IMG/VR virus record: IMGVR_UViG_3300017971_000343
Location: 1 to 53,701 of that record
Reading direction: 5' to 3' (one strand)
Source of the DNA: a virus
Lineage: Duplodnaviria; Caudoviricetes
Length of the DNA: 53,701 nt
Numbering within the stretch: the stretch's first letter is position 1; the number at the start of each line of letters is the position of its first letter. Position numbers and translations under genes: made by a program. This document shows positions 1-7,928 of this stretch, piece by piece. The notes beneath the pieces were generated by a model that ran no database searches, was not told where the DNA came from, and saw nothing but the letters and a program-made list of their open reading frames with translations.

Positions 1-348
1 GCTCCACGCAGGTCAGCTCCACGCAGGTCAGCAGAGCGAAGGTCAGCTACACGCAGGTCAGCTTCATACAGGTCAGCTTCACGCAGGTCAGCTACACGCA
101 GGTCAGCTTCATGCAGGTCAGCAGAGCGAAGGTTAGCAGAGCGAAAGTTAGCAGAGCTAAGGTCAGCTCCACGCAGGTCAGCTCCACGCAGGTCAGCAGA
201 GCGAAGGTCAGCTCCATGCAGGTCAGCTTCACGCAGGTCAGCAGAGCGAAGGTCAGCAGAGCGAAGGTCAGCAGAGCTAAGGTCAGCAGATCGAAGGTCA
301 GCAGAGCGAAAGTTAGCAGAGCGAAGGTCAGCTCCACGCAGGTCAGCT
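1..348. repeat. 15-bp tandem repeat (e.g. gctccacgcaggtca / gcagagcgaaggtca) encoding the pentapeptide repeats
   Basis: 15-nt periodicity is directly visible, with no unique spacers. Confidence 0.9.
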
Positions 349-419
349 CTCTCCCCGCCTTCACATCTTAGCCAGTTCAAATGATTTTCCAATATTTCGT
401 TTAATTCTTTGCTTACCAT
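3..419 (-). CDS. Pentapeptide-repeat protein (3' end runs off the window)
   Basis: Not in the ORF track. ATG at 419 overlaps the upstream stop (TGATG) and reads MVSKELNEILENHLNWLRCEGGERADLRGADLRSANFRS..., i.e. A(D/N)LxG/S pentapeptide repeats. Confidence 0.9.
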   Translation of the reverse strand, partial: MVSKELNEILENHLNWLRCEGGERADLRGADLRSANFRSADLRSADLSSADLRSADLRSADLREADLHGADLRSADLRGADLRGADLSSANFRSANLRSADLHEADLRVADLREADLYEADLRVADLRSADLRGADLRG

Positions 420-757
420 CATTCTTCTCCTTTAAATAAATTATCTATCCTTATAATAGATCTAGTTTTTGGTTGTATATCTTCGCCACACAAAGAAATA
501 AAAGCCCCGTTAGAAAAATCGTCGTATTGAACAATATCCCCCTCATATATCAGCGTCCCGTTCTTATCCTTTAGACCAGTGCAGCGGAAGATTTGCCACT
601 CGTAGGTGACGTCAACAAATATCTGCCCCATAGAAGGTGTGAACTGATGATTTATTACTTTTCCTTCTTGAGATAGGTATATAAGCCCATCTTTTTCTCT
701 GTCCCCCCACCGCTTCTCAGCAATGTTCCATAACTTAAATTTGTTTGAATCTGACAT
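419..757 (-). CDS. YopX family protein
   Basis: Signature CTGLKDKNGTLIYEGDIV. Confidence 0.85.
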   Translation of the reverse strand: MSDSNKFKLWNIAEKRWGDREKDGLIYLSQEGKVINHQFTPSMGQIFVDVTYEWQIFRCTGLKDKNGTLIYEGDIVQYDDFSNGAFISLCGEDIQPKTRSIIRIDNLFKGEE

Positions 758-768
758 TTTAAATCCTC

Positions 769-1215
769 CTATCCATAACTTATTACAAATTCTTCTGGCG
801 GTATGCTCTCCAAAGGAGTATATTTTAACTTACCACCGCTTTCAAATAATTCGTTCAAATCCGGGTCTGTTCCCCTCTCTAAATATCCCTTGCAAGAATC
901 ACACCAAATTCTCGGTTGCCCGTTCCCTATCCATTTCATTTTAATATATCTTTCCTTATCACAGCCCGGACATTTTACATGCACCCTTCTTTGTTTCCTT
1001 TTTCTTCTTAACGCTTCTGCACTTCTGCACCCACAACTTCTGCTCCTGCCGTCCCTTAAATATTTTCCGTCTATAATTTTCTCTTTCCCGCACTTGCATT
1101 TACAAAGATAATATCTACCCTTATTTTTAGGGTTAGGTCTCGGAACTTGCTTTATTACTGTCCAATACCCTATCTTTGTTCCGGGTTCTATTTCATGTTT
1201 TTGATAAGGAGGCAT
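769..1215 (-). CDS. Cys-rich putative DNA-binding protein (AP2/HNH-associated zinc-binding repeat plus CxxC pairs)
   Basis: G.WTVI...YLCKCKCG..K.....L..G.S.SCGC motif, followed by CPGC and CDSC. Confidence 0.6.
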   Translation of the reverse strand: MPPYQKHEIEPGTKIGYWTVIKQVPRPNPKNKGRYYLCKCKCGKEKIIDGKYLRDGRSRSCGCRSAEALRRKRKQRRVHVKCPGCDKERYIKMKWIGNGQPRIWCDSCKGYLERGTDPDLNELFESGGKLKYTPLESIPPEEFVISYG

Positions 1216-1224
1216 ACTTTGTTT

Positions 1225-1698
1225 TTACCATTCCTTTAAATTAGGATTTTCTGTTAATGCAACTGCAATTGCCATTGCACTCCATATATCTTTTTTTACA
1301 CCGTAAAACTTTCCGCCTTTTTTAAATTCGTGTTCTCCATACCTCATACGCAAACTCGCCCTTATCATTGCATCTTTTTTTGCATTAAAATGCCCTTTAA
1401 TTGTAGGTCTGCCGTAAAGTTTAAACTCTGTAACATCATAATGATTTGCATCCCAGAACGCTTTTAACTCTCCAACAAACATTATTGTCTCAATCGTAGA
1501 CCTTCCCATCTGGAATCCATAATTCTGTATCATTTCAACAGCTATCAAATCTGCCATTTTACATTGAACAAAACTAATATATTTTTTTACAAATGGATTG
1601 TTGTCCATCAACCCGCAGGATAACACGGTTTGTTTTTCTGTATTCCATAGAATATAAGCACTCTGAGTTGTTCCGGGATCGATTGCTAAGATTTTCAT
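1225..1698 (-). CDS. RuvC-like Holliday junction resolvase
   Basis: MKILAIDPGTTQSA, an acidic VE, and C-terminal DIWSAMAIA. Start placed at the ATG at 1698, which overlaps the upstream stop. Confidence 0.75.
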   Translation of the reverse strand: MKILAIDPGTTQSAYILWNTEKQTVLSCGLMDNNPFVKKYISFVQCKMADLIAVEMIQNYGFQMGRSTIETIMFVGELKAFWDANHYDVTEFKLYGRPTIKGHFNAKKDAMIRASLRMRYGEHEFKKGGKFYGVKKDIWSAMAIAVALTENPNLKEW

Positions 1699-1868
1699 TC
1701 CATCCCCTTTTCTACCCTCAAACAATCCGCTTCGGATATTTCTGCGTTGATTAATGGAATACCCAATACTTCCCGATATATTTTGTTGACTTCTTTAAGG
1801 TGATTAATCTGCATGTCCTGCATTGCTTCAATCCACATCCTTAAATTCCCTTGTTCTTCTGGTGTCAT
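1695..1868 (-). CDS. Small hypothetical protein (57 aa, MTPEEQGNLRMW...)
   Basis: Read manually. It fills the gap between genes, has an AAGGAG ribosome-binding site, and has an ATGA overlap with the resolvase. Confidence 0.6.
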   Translation of the reverse strand: MTPEEQGNLRMWIEAMQDMQINHLKEVNKIYREVLGIPLINAEISEADCLRVEKGME

Positions 1869-1869
1869 A

Positions 1870-2805
1870 TTACAACTCCTTTATCCTTTTATTCCAAAAT
1901 CTCGTAGCGGGGATAATACTTTCTCTCCTGTCAATATACTTGCCTGTATATTCAAACCTGTCCCCAAAGAATATCCCTTCGTTTCCTTCGTATTTCTTTA
2001 GCATCTGTTCAATATCCTTTAATTCTTTTTCGTATTCTTTCTTCTCTTTTTTAAGTTGCAAGTATCGTGCCACCATATCTATTTCTTCTTCATCAGATAT
2101 TCTTTTATACCCTTCGTGCATTATTACCCTGTCGGGATTACAAAAGTTTATAAAAGGGCAACTATCACATTCTGAATATTCACATGCCGAATCAGGGGGA
2201 AGCTCTTCTTTGGCAACATATTCGTTTAACATCCGATATTTCGTTTCAAGATCGTTCCATCTTTCAGGTTCATAGAAATATTCAACTTCACATATATCCC
2301 ATTTACTTCTATCCTTTATGAAGAAAACACTCTTTTCCTGTTCTGTTGCCTCCATGTATATTGTTTTTTGGTTCAGGTATCCATTAAACCACCTATTAGA
2401 AGGATTAAGGAAATAATCTATTCCTTCAGCTTTTACTTTGTCGAATGTCCACTTCTCGCAGGTTTTAATTTCGAATAAGATGGGTTTGCCATTATCTTTA
2501 ATTAAGAATCCCTCTATATGTCCTGTAAGTTGTAGATCCTTAATTTCTACAAACTCCTGTAACCGCTCTAAGTCCCATGTAGGGTTAGATTGCATCCATG
2601 CCCTTATATTCTTTTCCTGTTGCTTCCCCTCTCGCATCCTTGCCTTTGCGTCATAAGAAAACGGGGCTTTTCCTTCCGGGCTCATACGTTCATAATACAG
2701 CCTGCGTATGCACTTATAACCGGATTGGCTTGCACGATTGGTTTTTGAGGGGCTGTATGTTTCGTTCATTAAATCTTCTTGCCATTGCTTTTGTATGTAG
2801 GTCAT
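1870..2805 (-). CDS. Cas4-like PD-(D/E)XK exonuclease with probable 4Fe-4S cluster
   Basis: N-terminal Cys (CIRRLYY), GHIEG...FEIKT nuclease core, and C-terminal ECDSCPFINFC. Confidence 0.75.
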   Translation of the reverse strand: MTYIQKQWQEDLMNETYSPSKTNRASQSGYKCIRRLYYERMSPEGKAPFSYDAKARMREGKQQEKNIRAWMQSNPTWDLERLQEFVEIKDLQLTGHIEGFLIKDNGKPILFEIKTCEKWTFDKVKAEGIDYFLNPSNRWFNGYLNQKTIYMEATEQEKSVFFIKDRSKWDICEVEYFYEPERWNDLETKYRMLNEYVAKEELPPDSACEYSECDSCPFINFCNPDRVIMHEGYKRISDEEEIDMVARYLQLKKEKKEYEKELKDIEQMLKKYEGNEGIFFGDRFEYTGKYIDRRESIIPATRFWNKRIKEL

Positions 2806-2820
2806 TGCTCTCCTGCCTTC

Positions 2821-3018
2821 CTATTTTCTAAACTCTATCAATCTTGCAGAAGTTGCTTCCGCCTTGTAGGTTTCCAGAATTTTGTCAAGGGTGTCATCTT
2901 CCGAACCCGATTGCAACGCTTCGTTATACGATTTGTGTACAGACCGTAGCATACGAATATTGTTTTTCATATTCCGATGCACTGCACTTTTTGTCTTGTT
3001 AGAATATTTATGAGCCAT
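2821..3018 (-). CDS. Hypothetical protein (probable start MAHKYS)
   Basis: AGGAGG ribosome-binding site precedes the ATG near 3018. Confidence 0.5.
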   Translation of the reverse strand: MAHKYSNKTKSAVHRNMKNNIRMLRSVHKSYNEALQSGSEDDTLDKILETYKAEATSARLIEFRK

Positions 3019-3056
3019 CGTTATCCTCCTAAAGTTAGTTATTATTTTTAATCCAT

Positions 3057-3272
3057 TCACATTGCCAAAGCATATGCAATTCTCATAACACCTACATGGT
3101 GTATTTTTTTCGAACAACAATTACGGTCGTCATTCCACCATGCGCAGTTTTCTTTGTCGCATAGAATCTGATCCTCACAAGTGGTAAGATAATTACCAAC
3201 CCTATCCGTACAGTTAGGGTTTGATAGAATTGCTGCTTTGTATTTTGGACATATTATTGTATTCTCGTCCAT
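3057..3272 (-). CDS. Small Cys-rich hypothetical protein
   Basis: ICP...C....CAWW pattern common in phage ORFs; GGAG ribosome-binding site. Confidence 0.55.
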   Translation of the reverse strand: MDENTIICPKYKAAILSNPNCTDRVGNYLTTCEDQILCDKENCAWWNDDRNCCSKKIHHVGVMRIAYALAM

Positions 3273-3289
3273 AGTGTTCTCCGTTCTCC

Positions 3290-4042
3290 TTATCCGAAAG
3301 TTATACTTTCAATTTTCTTAATATCCACACCTGCTTTTTCAAGTTCTTCCGCTGTTGGTTCCACTGGATATAGCTTCCTTAAACCTTCTTTAAACATCCT
3401 TGTTTTTGCATGAGAAATAATCTTTCCTTCCTGCTGTTCAGATTGTTTTTTCGCATAAAAGGGTTCTTTTGAAGATACCCTTCCCGTTGGATATGCTTTA
3501 ACGTAAGGATCGTTGGGTTTCCACATTACACAGGAAACCTCTGCAACAAAGCATCCGGTGTCCACGTCCGTATAAGTGTTTACGTGCGGTTGAGTGTAGC
3601 ACACACCCAATCTTGACAACAATTGATTTACCCCCGGTGCGGCAATAGAATAATTCTTCCCGAATTTATTCCAGCAGTTATAAGACTTGTTGACCTTTAG
3701 GATTATTCCTTTTTCAAATTCGACAATTTCTGCAAGATCGGTAAGTCTCTGCATGTATTCTTTCTTTGACATGCGCTCAAGCGCCTGATGGTTTGTCTGA
3801 ATAATAGCAGTCCCAGAGGATCTAACAGGTAGGTTGCTATCTATTACATCATCTTCGTAAACGACAGGTTCATCCGGGATTGGAGGTTGTTCTGCGTCAA
3901 CGATGTCCCGCTTTTGCCCTTGCTCACCAGCAGTTTCACCTTTTTCTTCCGTTTCAGCATTTGTTGAAACTTCCTCTTTTTCTGAAACAGGTATGCTTTT
4001 CTGATTTTCGCCCTTGTTTTGTAAGTCTTTTAATTTAGTCAT
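3290..4042 (-). CDS. Hypothetical protein, possible single-strand annealing/recombination protein
   Basis: Acidic low-complexity N-terminus plus a globular domain, located close to the Cas4-like exonuclease. Function is inferred from context only. Confidence 0.4.
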   Translation of the reverse strand: MTKLKDLQNKGENQKSIPVSEKEEVSTNAETEEKGETAGEQGQKRDIVDAEQPPIPDEPVVYEDDVIDSNLPVRSSGTAIIQTNHQALERMSKKEYMQRLTDLAEIVEFEKGIILKVNKSYNCWNKFGKNYSIAAPGVNQLLSRLGVCYTQPHVNTYTDVDTGCFVAEVSCVMWKPNDPYVKAYPTGRVSSKEPFYAKKQSEQQEGKIISHAKTRMFKEGLRKLYPVEPTAEELEKAGVDIKKIESITFG

Positions 4043-4235
4043 TTTTCGCTTCTCCTTCTTTTAACTTTTGGTTTATTGTTTTGTGTATTTCTTTTAAGTA
4101 TTTAAGTGCAAGTTCGGGATAACCCCTCTCAATAGAATCTATTACCCCACCAATTCTTATTTCTACACCCTCAAGAACCGCCTGATAAAATCCGGTTAAT
4201 CCGGCATACTTTTCTATTATTTGTCCTGTATCCAT
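4035..4235 (-). CDS. Hypothetical protein
   Basis: GGAGG ribosome-binding site; overlaps the next gene in the operon. Confidence 0.55.
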   Translation of the reverse strand: MDTGQIIEKYAGLTGFYQAVLEGVEIRIGGVIDSIERGYPELALKYLKEIHKTINQKLKEGEAKND

Positions 4236-4238
4236 AAT

Positions 4239-4376
4239 TTATTCCTCCTTCATGCAGTCTGCACAATTCTCGTGTGCCAGACCATCATTGTACGATATAT
4301 ATAAATGATCGTCCTCTATTGATTCACCGCATATTTCACAATATGCAATGTGTTCGCCTGTCTGTTGAGTTATCAT
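4239..4376 (-). CDS. Small zinc-finger protein (45 aa)
   Basis: Read manually: MITQQTGEHIAYCEICGESIEDDHLYISYNDGLAHENCADCMKEE; CxxC...HxxC; ATGA overlap with the upstream gene. Confidence 0.65.
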   Translation of the reverse strand: MITQQTGEHIAYCEICGESIEDDHLYISYNDGLAHENCADCMKEE

Positions 4377-4591
4377 GGCAACCCATATCTATTAATATGT
4401 TCAAGAATATCGATCAACCTGCCGAGCTGTTTGTAAACCAGAAATGTTGTAAAATCTCCACATATTTCTCTATTGAGATGGCTTCTCAATAAAGTAGTCA
4501 GGTCGTTATCTTCTTCGGTATCGTTAGGATGTAGCGCCTTGAATAATTGCCTTTGATGTTCTATATATTCGTTTAATAAATCTTTATTCAT
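4373..4591 (-). CDS. Hypothetical protein
   Basis: GAGGAG ribosome-binding site; operonic position. Confidence 0.55.
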   Translation of the reverse strand: MNKDLLNEYIEHQRQLFKALHPNDTEEDNDLTTLLRSHLNREICGDFTTFLVYKQLGRLIDILEHINRYGLP

Positions 4592-4637
4592 ACTTTCTCT
4601 CCTCTCGCATATCTAATATGCAAAGAATGTGCCAAGA

Positions 4638-4877
4638 TTAAAACCCATCCTTTCTCGATCTATGTTCTAAATATTCTGCAAAATAGGAATTATTAATCTT
4701 TTCTCCGTTGTAGCAATCATGTATAAACACCCCTTCTAAATATCTCTCTATAGCCCTTGATAAAGATGTATTGTTGTGTTTCTTTTTACACATTGCCGAT
4801 TTAACTAAAATAGCATTTCTTTCCTTATTATTCACAACTTTTTCCTCCTTAAAAAATTTATTTTCCATGTTTGGCAC
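4638..4877 (-). CDS. Hypothetical protein (possible small regulator); true start probably downstream
   Basis: First ORF after an AT-rich gap; internal GGAGG ribosome-binding site near 4845. Confidence 0.4.
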   Translation of the reverse strand: MPNMENKFFKEEKVVNNKERNAILVKSAMCKKKHNNTSLSRAIERYLEGVFIHDCYNGEKINNSYFAEYLEHRSRKDGF

Positions 4878-4947
4878 GCTTCTTGCTTAAAATTCCTGAT
4901 ATTGCGAAAATAGGGTACACTTTTTGTTTTCTATTATATACACTTTG

Positions 4948-4960
4948 TAAACTATTGATT
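4948..4960 (-). promoter_or_regulatory. Perfect IHF consensus site AATCAATAGTTTA
   Basis: Matches WATCAANNNNTTR, lies in an intergenic gap, and is adjacent to a minus-strand TATAAT near 4932-4937. Confidence 0.5.
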
Positions 4961-4992
4961 TTATTGATTTATTTAACATCTAAAATTGTTCC

Positions 4993-5250
4993 TTATGGGT
5001 GCAGTTTCGAGTTGGGTACAGTTTTTCGTAAATTTTTAACCCATTCTTCTTTGCAGTGATTAGCATGTTGTTTGCAATACAAACCGTCTTTGCCATATCC
5101 ACGCTTTCGCTTGCATTGCAATGTCATAAATCCTCTGTCATACCATACTTCTGCAATACATCTTTCGGGATCTTCTCTTACTAATTGTTTCCCCCTCGAA
5201 TCATTAAACCCATACAATTGTGGCTTTCTAAATAAACTATCTTTCGTCAT
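4993..5250 (-). CDS. Small Cys/His-containing hypothetical protein
   Basis: RCIAEV...QCKRKRGYGKDGLYCKQHA zinc-binding-like pattern. Confidence 0.6.
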   Translation of the reverse strand: MTKDSLFRKPQLYGFNDSRGKQLVREDPERCIAEVWYDRGFMTLQCKRKRGYGKDGLYCKQHANHCKEEWVKNLRKTVPNSKLHP

Positions 5251-5572
5251 TTTCTTCTCCTACAACATCATTCATTATTATAGTGTTCGCCCTATTCATA
5301 TCCTTTCTCAATTTTTTTGTTTGATTCCGCCATTCTTTAAAGATCGCTTCTCTTAAATTCATAATATCGTAATGATACTCCAAAGAACCTTTTGTGCACA
5401 TTCCCGAAAATCCCCTACCTTGCGGAAACACCCATTCGTTTCTATCTGGCTGGTCTCCATAATCAGTCCTATATTGAATTATTGGTATGCCTTGCAATTT
5501 TACATCCTCAAGTTTCGAGTTCTTTAACTTTCTTTCAATTTCCTTCATCAATATTTCAGATTTCTTCGTCAT
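5237..5572 (-). CDS. Hypothetical protein
   Basis: Overlaps the flanking genes at both ends. Confidence 0.55.
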   Translation of the reverse strand: MTKKSEILMKEIERKLKNSKLEDVKLQGIPIIQYRTDYGDQPDRNEWVFPQGRGFSGMCTKGSLEYHYDIMNLREAIFKEWRNQTKKLRKDMNRANTIIMNDVVGEENDER

Positions 5573-5850
5573 TTCTTTTCCTCATCCAATTTAATTATCC
5601 CGAATACTGCATAATTTAATATGTCAAGATACTCGTTCCTAATACTATCAGATATTTCCTGCCTGTTAGACATTTCAATCTGCACAACCCTATGTATCTT
5701 CACAAGCATTTGATCGGTAATAGTAGTCTGTCTCATCTGCCTCCAGCTATCACCATAATCGTGATTCTTCTTCTTCATCAACTTTCTCGCCTCGTCTATT
5801 ACCTTCTCATATTGATAAGACGTGCTTAAATCTAATAATTCATTCTGCAT
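5569..5850 (-). CDS. DUF1599 / nucleotide-modification-associated (Nmad1-like, MazG-fold) protein
   Basis: KKNHDYGDSW...K..R...D..NYA signature. Confidence 0.75.
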   Translation of the reverse strand: MQNELLDLSTSYQYEKVIDEARKLMKKKNHDYGDSWRQMRQTTITDQMLVKIHRVVQIEMSNRQEISDSIRNEYLDILNYAVFGIIKLDEEKK

Positions 5851-5876
5851 ACAATCTCCTTTGTTGTATTCCTAAC

Positions 5877-6083
5877 TTACAACCGATCCAGTTCCTCCTG
5901 TAATTCAGTTACAGCATTCCTTAGTGTAAGATTGTCATCCCTTAAAGACTCTAATATTTCCAAAGAATTATTGATCCACTTTTTCTCGCTGTCACACAAA
6001 ACATCATCATAAGTAGCAAGAATATCTGCAAGAGTTTCCTTAACATAATCAATATCAGGGCATGTCGGATTTGGTAGTTTCAT
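5877..6083 (-). CDS. Hypothetical protein
   Basis: TCPDID...LESLRDDNLTLR; operonic position. Confidence 0.55.
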   Translation of the reverse strand: MKLPNPTCPDIDYVKETLADILATYDDVLCDSEKKWINNSLEILESLRDDNLTLRNAVTELQEELDRL

Positions 6084-6373
6084 TTTGATTGAGTGTAAAC
6101 TGGAGTAATAACTACTGGGACAACAACATAAGCACTTGCATGTTTTTTTCGATATAAATCTGCCAGTTTTTTAGTTGTTAATATACCGACACACAAAGCA
6201 TTGCCTGGATTAACAACTCCCCATTTAACATCATATCGTCTAAAATTTTTTGCCATGTCAAACATTTTTTTTTCAACATGCTTGTCTGGATGTGATTTTG
6301 GATTGAAATGGAAACAATCTCTAATATCTTCTTTTTTCACAAATATTCCTTTCTTCTTGTTAATTCCATGCAA
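6080..6373 (-). CDS. Hypothetical protein
   Basis: ATGA overlap with the next gene; start position uncertain. Confidence 0.45.
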   Translation of the reverse strand: MHGINKKKGIFVKKEDIRDCFHFNPKSHPDKHVEKKMFDMAKNFRRYDVKWGVVNPGNALCVGILTTKKLADLYRKKHASAYVVVPVVITPVYTQSK

Positions 6374-6400
6374 ATACCTATTGCAAAGAACGTGCCATGA

Positions 6401-7540
6401 TTAAAACCAATTAGAAACAATCCATTCAATCACGTTGGTGGTTACGGCATTTCCGAGACATTTGTATCTTTGGGTATCGGATATATTAATTTTATTTCCG
6501 TTTTCGTCAATGCCGTATTTTGTCCAGTTATCAGGAAATCCCTGAAGTCTCTCACATTCTGTCGGGGTAAGTCGCCTTATCCTTCTTTCGTGCATTTCTG
6601 AGCCGTAGATTCTGTTAAAGCTGTGGGTGGGGTTGTTAATCTGGTTTATTTCAACCAATTCATTTTCATCCAATTGATTAGATTTATTTACGGAAGGAAG
6701 TTTCTTTTTTCCACCATGGTTATATCCATGGGTTCCGGAAAGCACAACAACATTGTTATTAGTAGTCTCTCTGAGACATGGAGAATTTTCTTCATAGATA
6801 CCATCTCTTTTATCGTGGAGTACCATAGTTCTTTGCTGGTGGTTATCCATGCCTTCATAATAATTAGAGTCTATGGCATTTGCAATAAGAGTAGTGCCAT
6901 GATCTATGTTTAATTGTCCTGATTGGTTTTTTGTTGAGATGGTTCCGCAAACAATATCTTCCCCATATCCCCCCTCTTTATTCCCTCGATCGCTTTCTCC
7001 GATATGTAATATTTCTCGTCCACATCCTTCTCCAAAACATCCCGCAATGAACACTCTCTCCCTATTCTGCGGGACTCCGAAGTTTTTACTATTGAGAACC
7101 TGCCATTGCACCAGATACCCGATGTCGGCAAGAACCCCAAGTATTGTCTGGAAAGTTTTACCATCTTCGTGACTAAGTAAACCTTTAACATTTTCGAGTA
7201 GAAAATATCGGGGTCTTTTGTCCCTGAGAATCCGAGCGATTTCAAAAAAGAGTGTTCCCCTTGTGTCAGAGAATCCCCTGCGTTTTCCAGCAACCGAGAA
7301 AGCCTGACAAGGGAATCCTCCACACAGAAAGTCGAAGTCTGGTAATTCATCGGTATTAATAGCTGTTGCGTCTCCATATTTTCTGTGTTCGGGGTAGTGG
7401 TATTGGTAGATTGCTGTTGCGTATTTGTCGATTTCTGAGTATCCGACACATTGCCATTCCGGTTTTGCTTTTTCAATCCCATTTTCAAAACCTCCTATTC
7501 CTGAAAATATGCTAAAGTATTTCATTTTATTCATAACCAA
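6401..7540 (-). CDS. dcm: DNA (cytosine-5) methyltransferase
   Basis: Motifs I (FSGIGG), IV (GFPCQ), VI (ENV), VIII (PQNRERVF), IX (RRLTPTECERLQGFP) and X (LGNAV). Confidence 0.95.
   Translation of the reverse strand: MVMNKMKYFSIFSGIGGFENGIEKAKPEWQCVGYSEIDKYATAIYQYHYPEHRKYGDATAINTDELPDFDFLCGGFPCQAFSVAGKRRGFSDTRGTLFFEIARILRDKRPRYFLLENVKGLLSHEDGKTFQTILGVLADIGYLVQWQVLNSKNFGVPQNRERVFIAGCFGEGCGREILHIGESDRGNKEGGYGEDIVCGTISTKNQSGQLNIDHGTTLIANAIDSNYYEGMDNHQQRTMVLHDKRDGIYEENSPCLRETTNNNVVVLSGTHGYNHGGKKKLPSVNKSNQLDENELVEINQINNPTHSFNRIYGSEMHERRIRRLTPTECERLQGFPDNWTKYGIDENGNKINISDTQRYKCLGNAVTTNVIEWIVSNWF
6910..7488 (-). CDS. Nested alternate-frame ORF inside the C5 methylase (candidate second polypeptide)
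   Basis: 192 codons open in a second frame on the same strand, ending in CSLRDVLEKDVDEKYYISEKAIEGI, a segment that resembles C5-methylase variable regions. Confidence 0.45.
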   Translation of the reverse strand: MKMGLKKQNRNGNVSDTQKSTNTQQQSTNTTTPNTENMETQQLLIPMNYQTSTFCVEDSLVRLSRLLENAGDSLTQGEHSFLKSLGFSGTKDPDIFYSKMLKVYLVTKMVKLSRQYLGFLPTSGIWCNGRFSIVKTSESRRIGRECSLRDVLEKDVDEKYYISEKAIEGIKRGDMGKILFAEPSQQKTNQDN

Positions 7541-7569
7541 TGTCTAATTGCAAAACTTGTGCCAAAACA

Positions 7570-7712
7570 AACAAAAAGCGAAAGCCCGGTCGGAAAACGG
7601 AGAAGCCCCAGAGGGGCAAACCGGAAGCTGTATACTATTTTCTCTCGGCGTGAAATTACGCTTTAGCGATAATAATATTAAATGGTTTGAAAATTTAATA
7701 GATCTCTCCTTA
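7570..7712 (-). ncRNA. Putative structured leader/small RNA upstream of dcm
   Basis: Follows a consensus promoter. Outer stem AGCTTCCGGTT/GACCGGGCT encloses a GCCCC-TCT-GGGGC hairpin and is followed by a U tract. Confidence 0.4.
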
Positions 7713-7718
7713 ATACAT

Positions 7719-7747
7719 ATTATATATATTAATTTCATATTTGTCAA
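7719..7747 (-). promoter_or_regulatory. Perfect sigma70/SigA promoter
   Basis: TTGACA-N17-TATAAT on the minus strand. Confidence 0.85.
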
Positions 7748-7845
7748 GTACCAATATAAAAATTTTTTATATATTACCATTTTACTTATATATCCTATTA
7801 TTATATATAAGAAAGTTTCATAACTACTTTTTCATAAACAGGGCT

Positions 7846-7928
7846 ATAATTGTTTATTTTTAACAACTTACGAGCCGTTGGGACGTTTTGCCCCAATCGA
7901 AATAATTGTTTAATTTCAACGACTTACG
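7846..7928. repeat. Two 27-bp direct repeats (24/27 identical), each ending in an IHF-like site
   Basis: ATAATTGTTTATTTTTAACAACTTACG (7846-7872) and ATAATTGTTTAATTTCAACGACTTACG (7902-7928). Confidence 0.75.

Noticed and set aside
1-348. Tandem repeats read as a CRISPR array
   Set aside because: The 15-bp units are contiguous and coding, with no unique spacers.
92-371. ORF-track calls 92-364 (-) and 111-371 (+)
   Set aside because: These are off-frame and antisense shadows of the 15-bp repeat. The real frame is the pentapeptide-repeat protein starting at 419.
1870-2805. Cas4-like gene as evidence of a CRISPR-Cas system
   Set aside because: No cas1, cas2 or array is present, and solo Cas4-like nucleases are common in phage recombination modules.
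7846-7928. 27-bp repeat / 29-bp spacer / 27-bp repeat read as a mini-CRISPR
   Set aside because: There are only two imperfect copies, with no recognisable CRISPR repeat ends or palindrome and no cas operon. Paired IHF-like sites explain it better, though a repeat-database search would be needed to exclude it fully.
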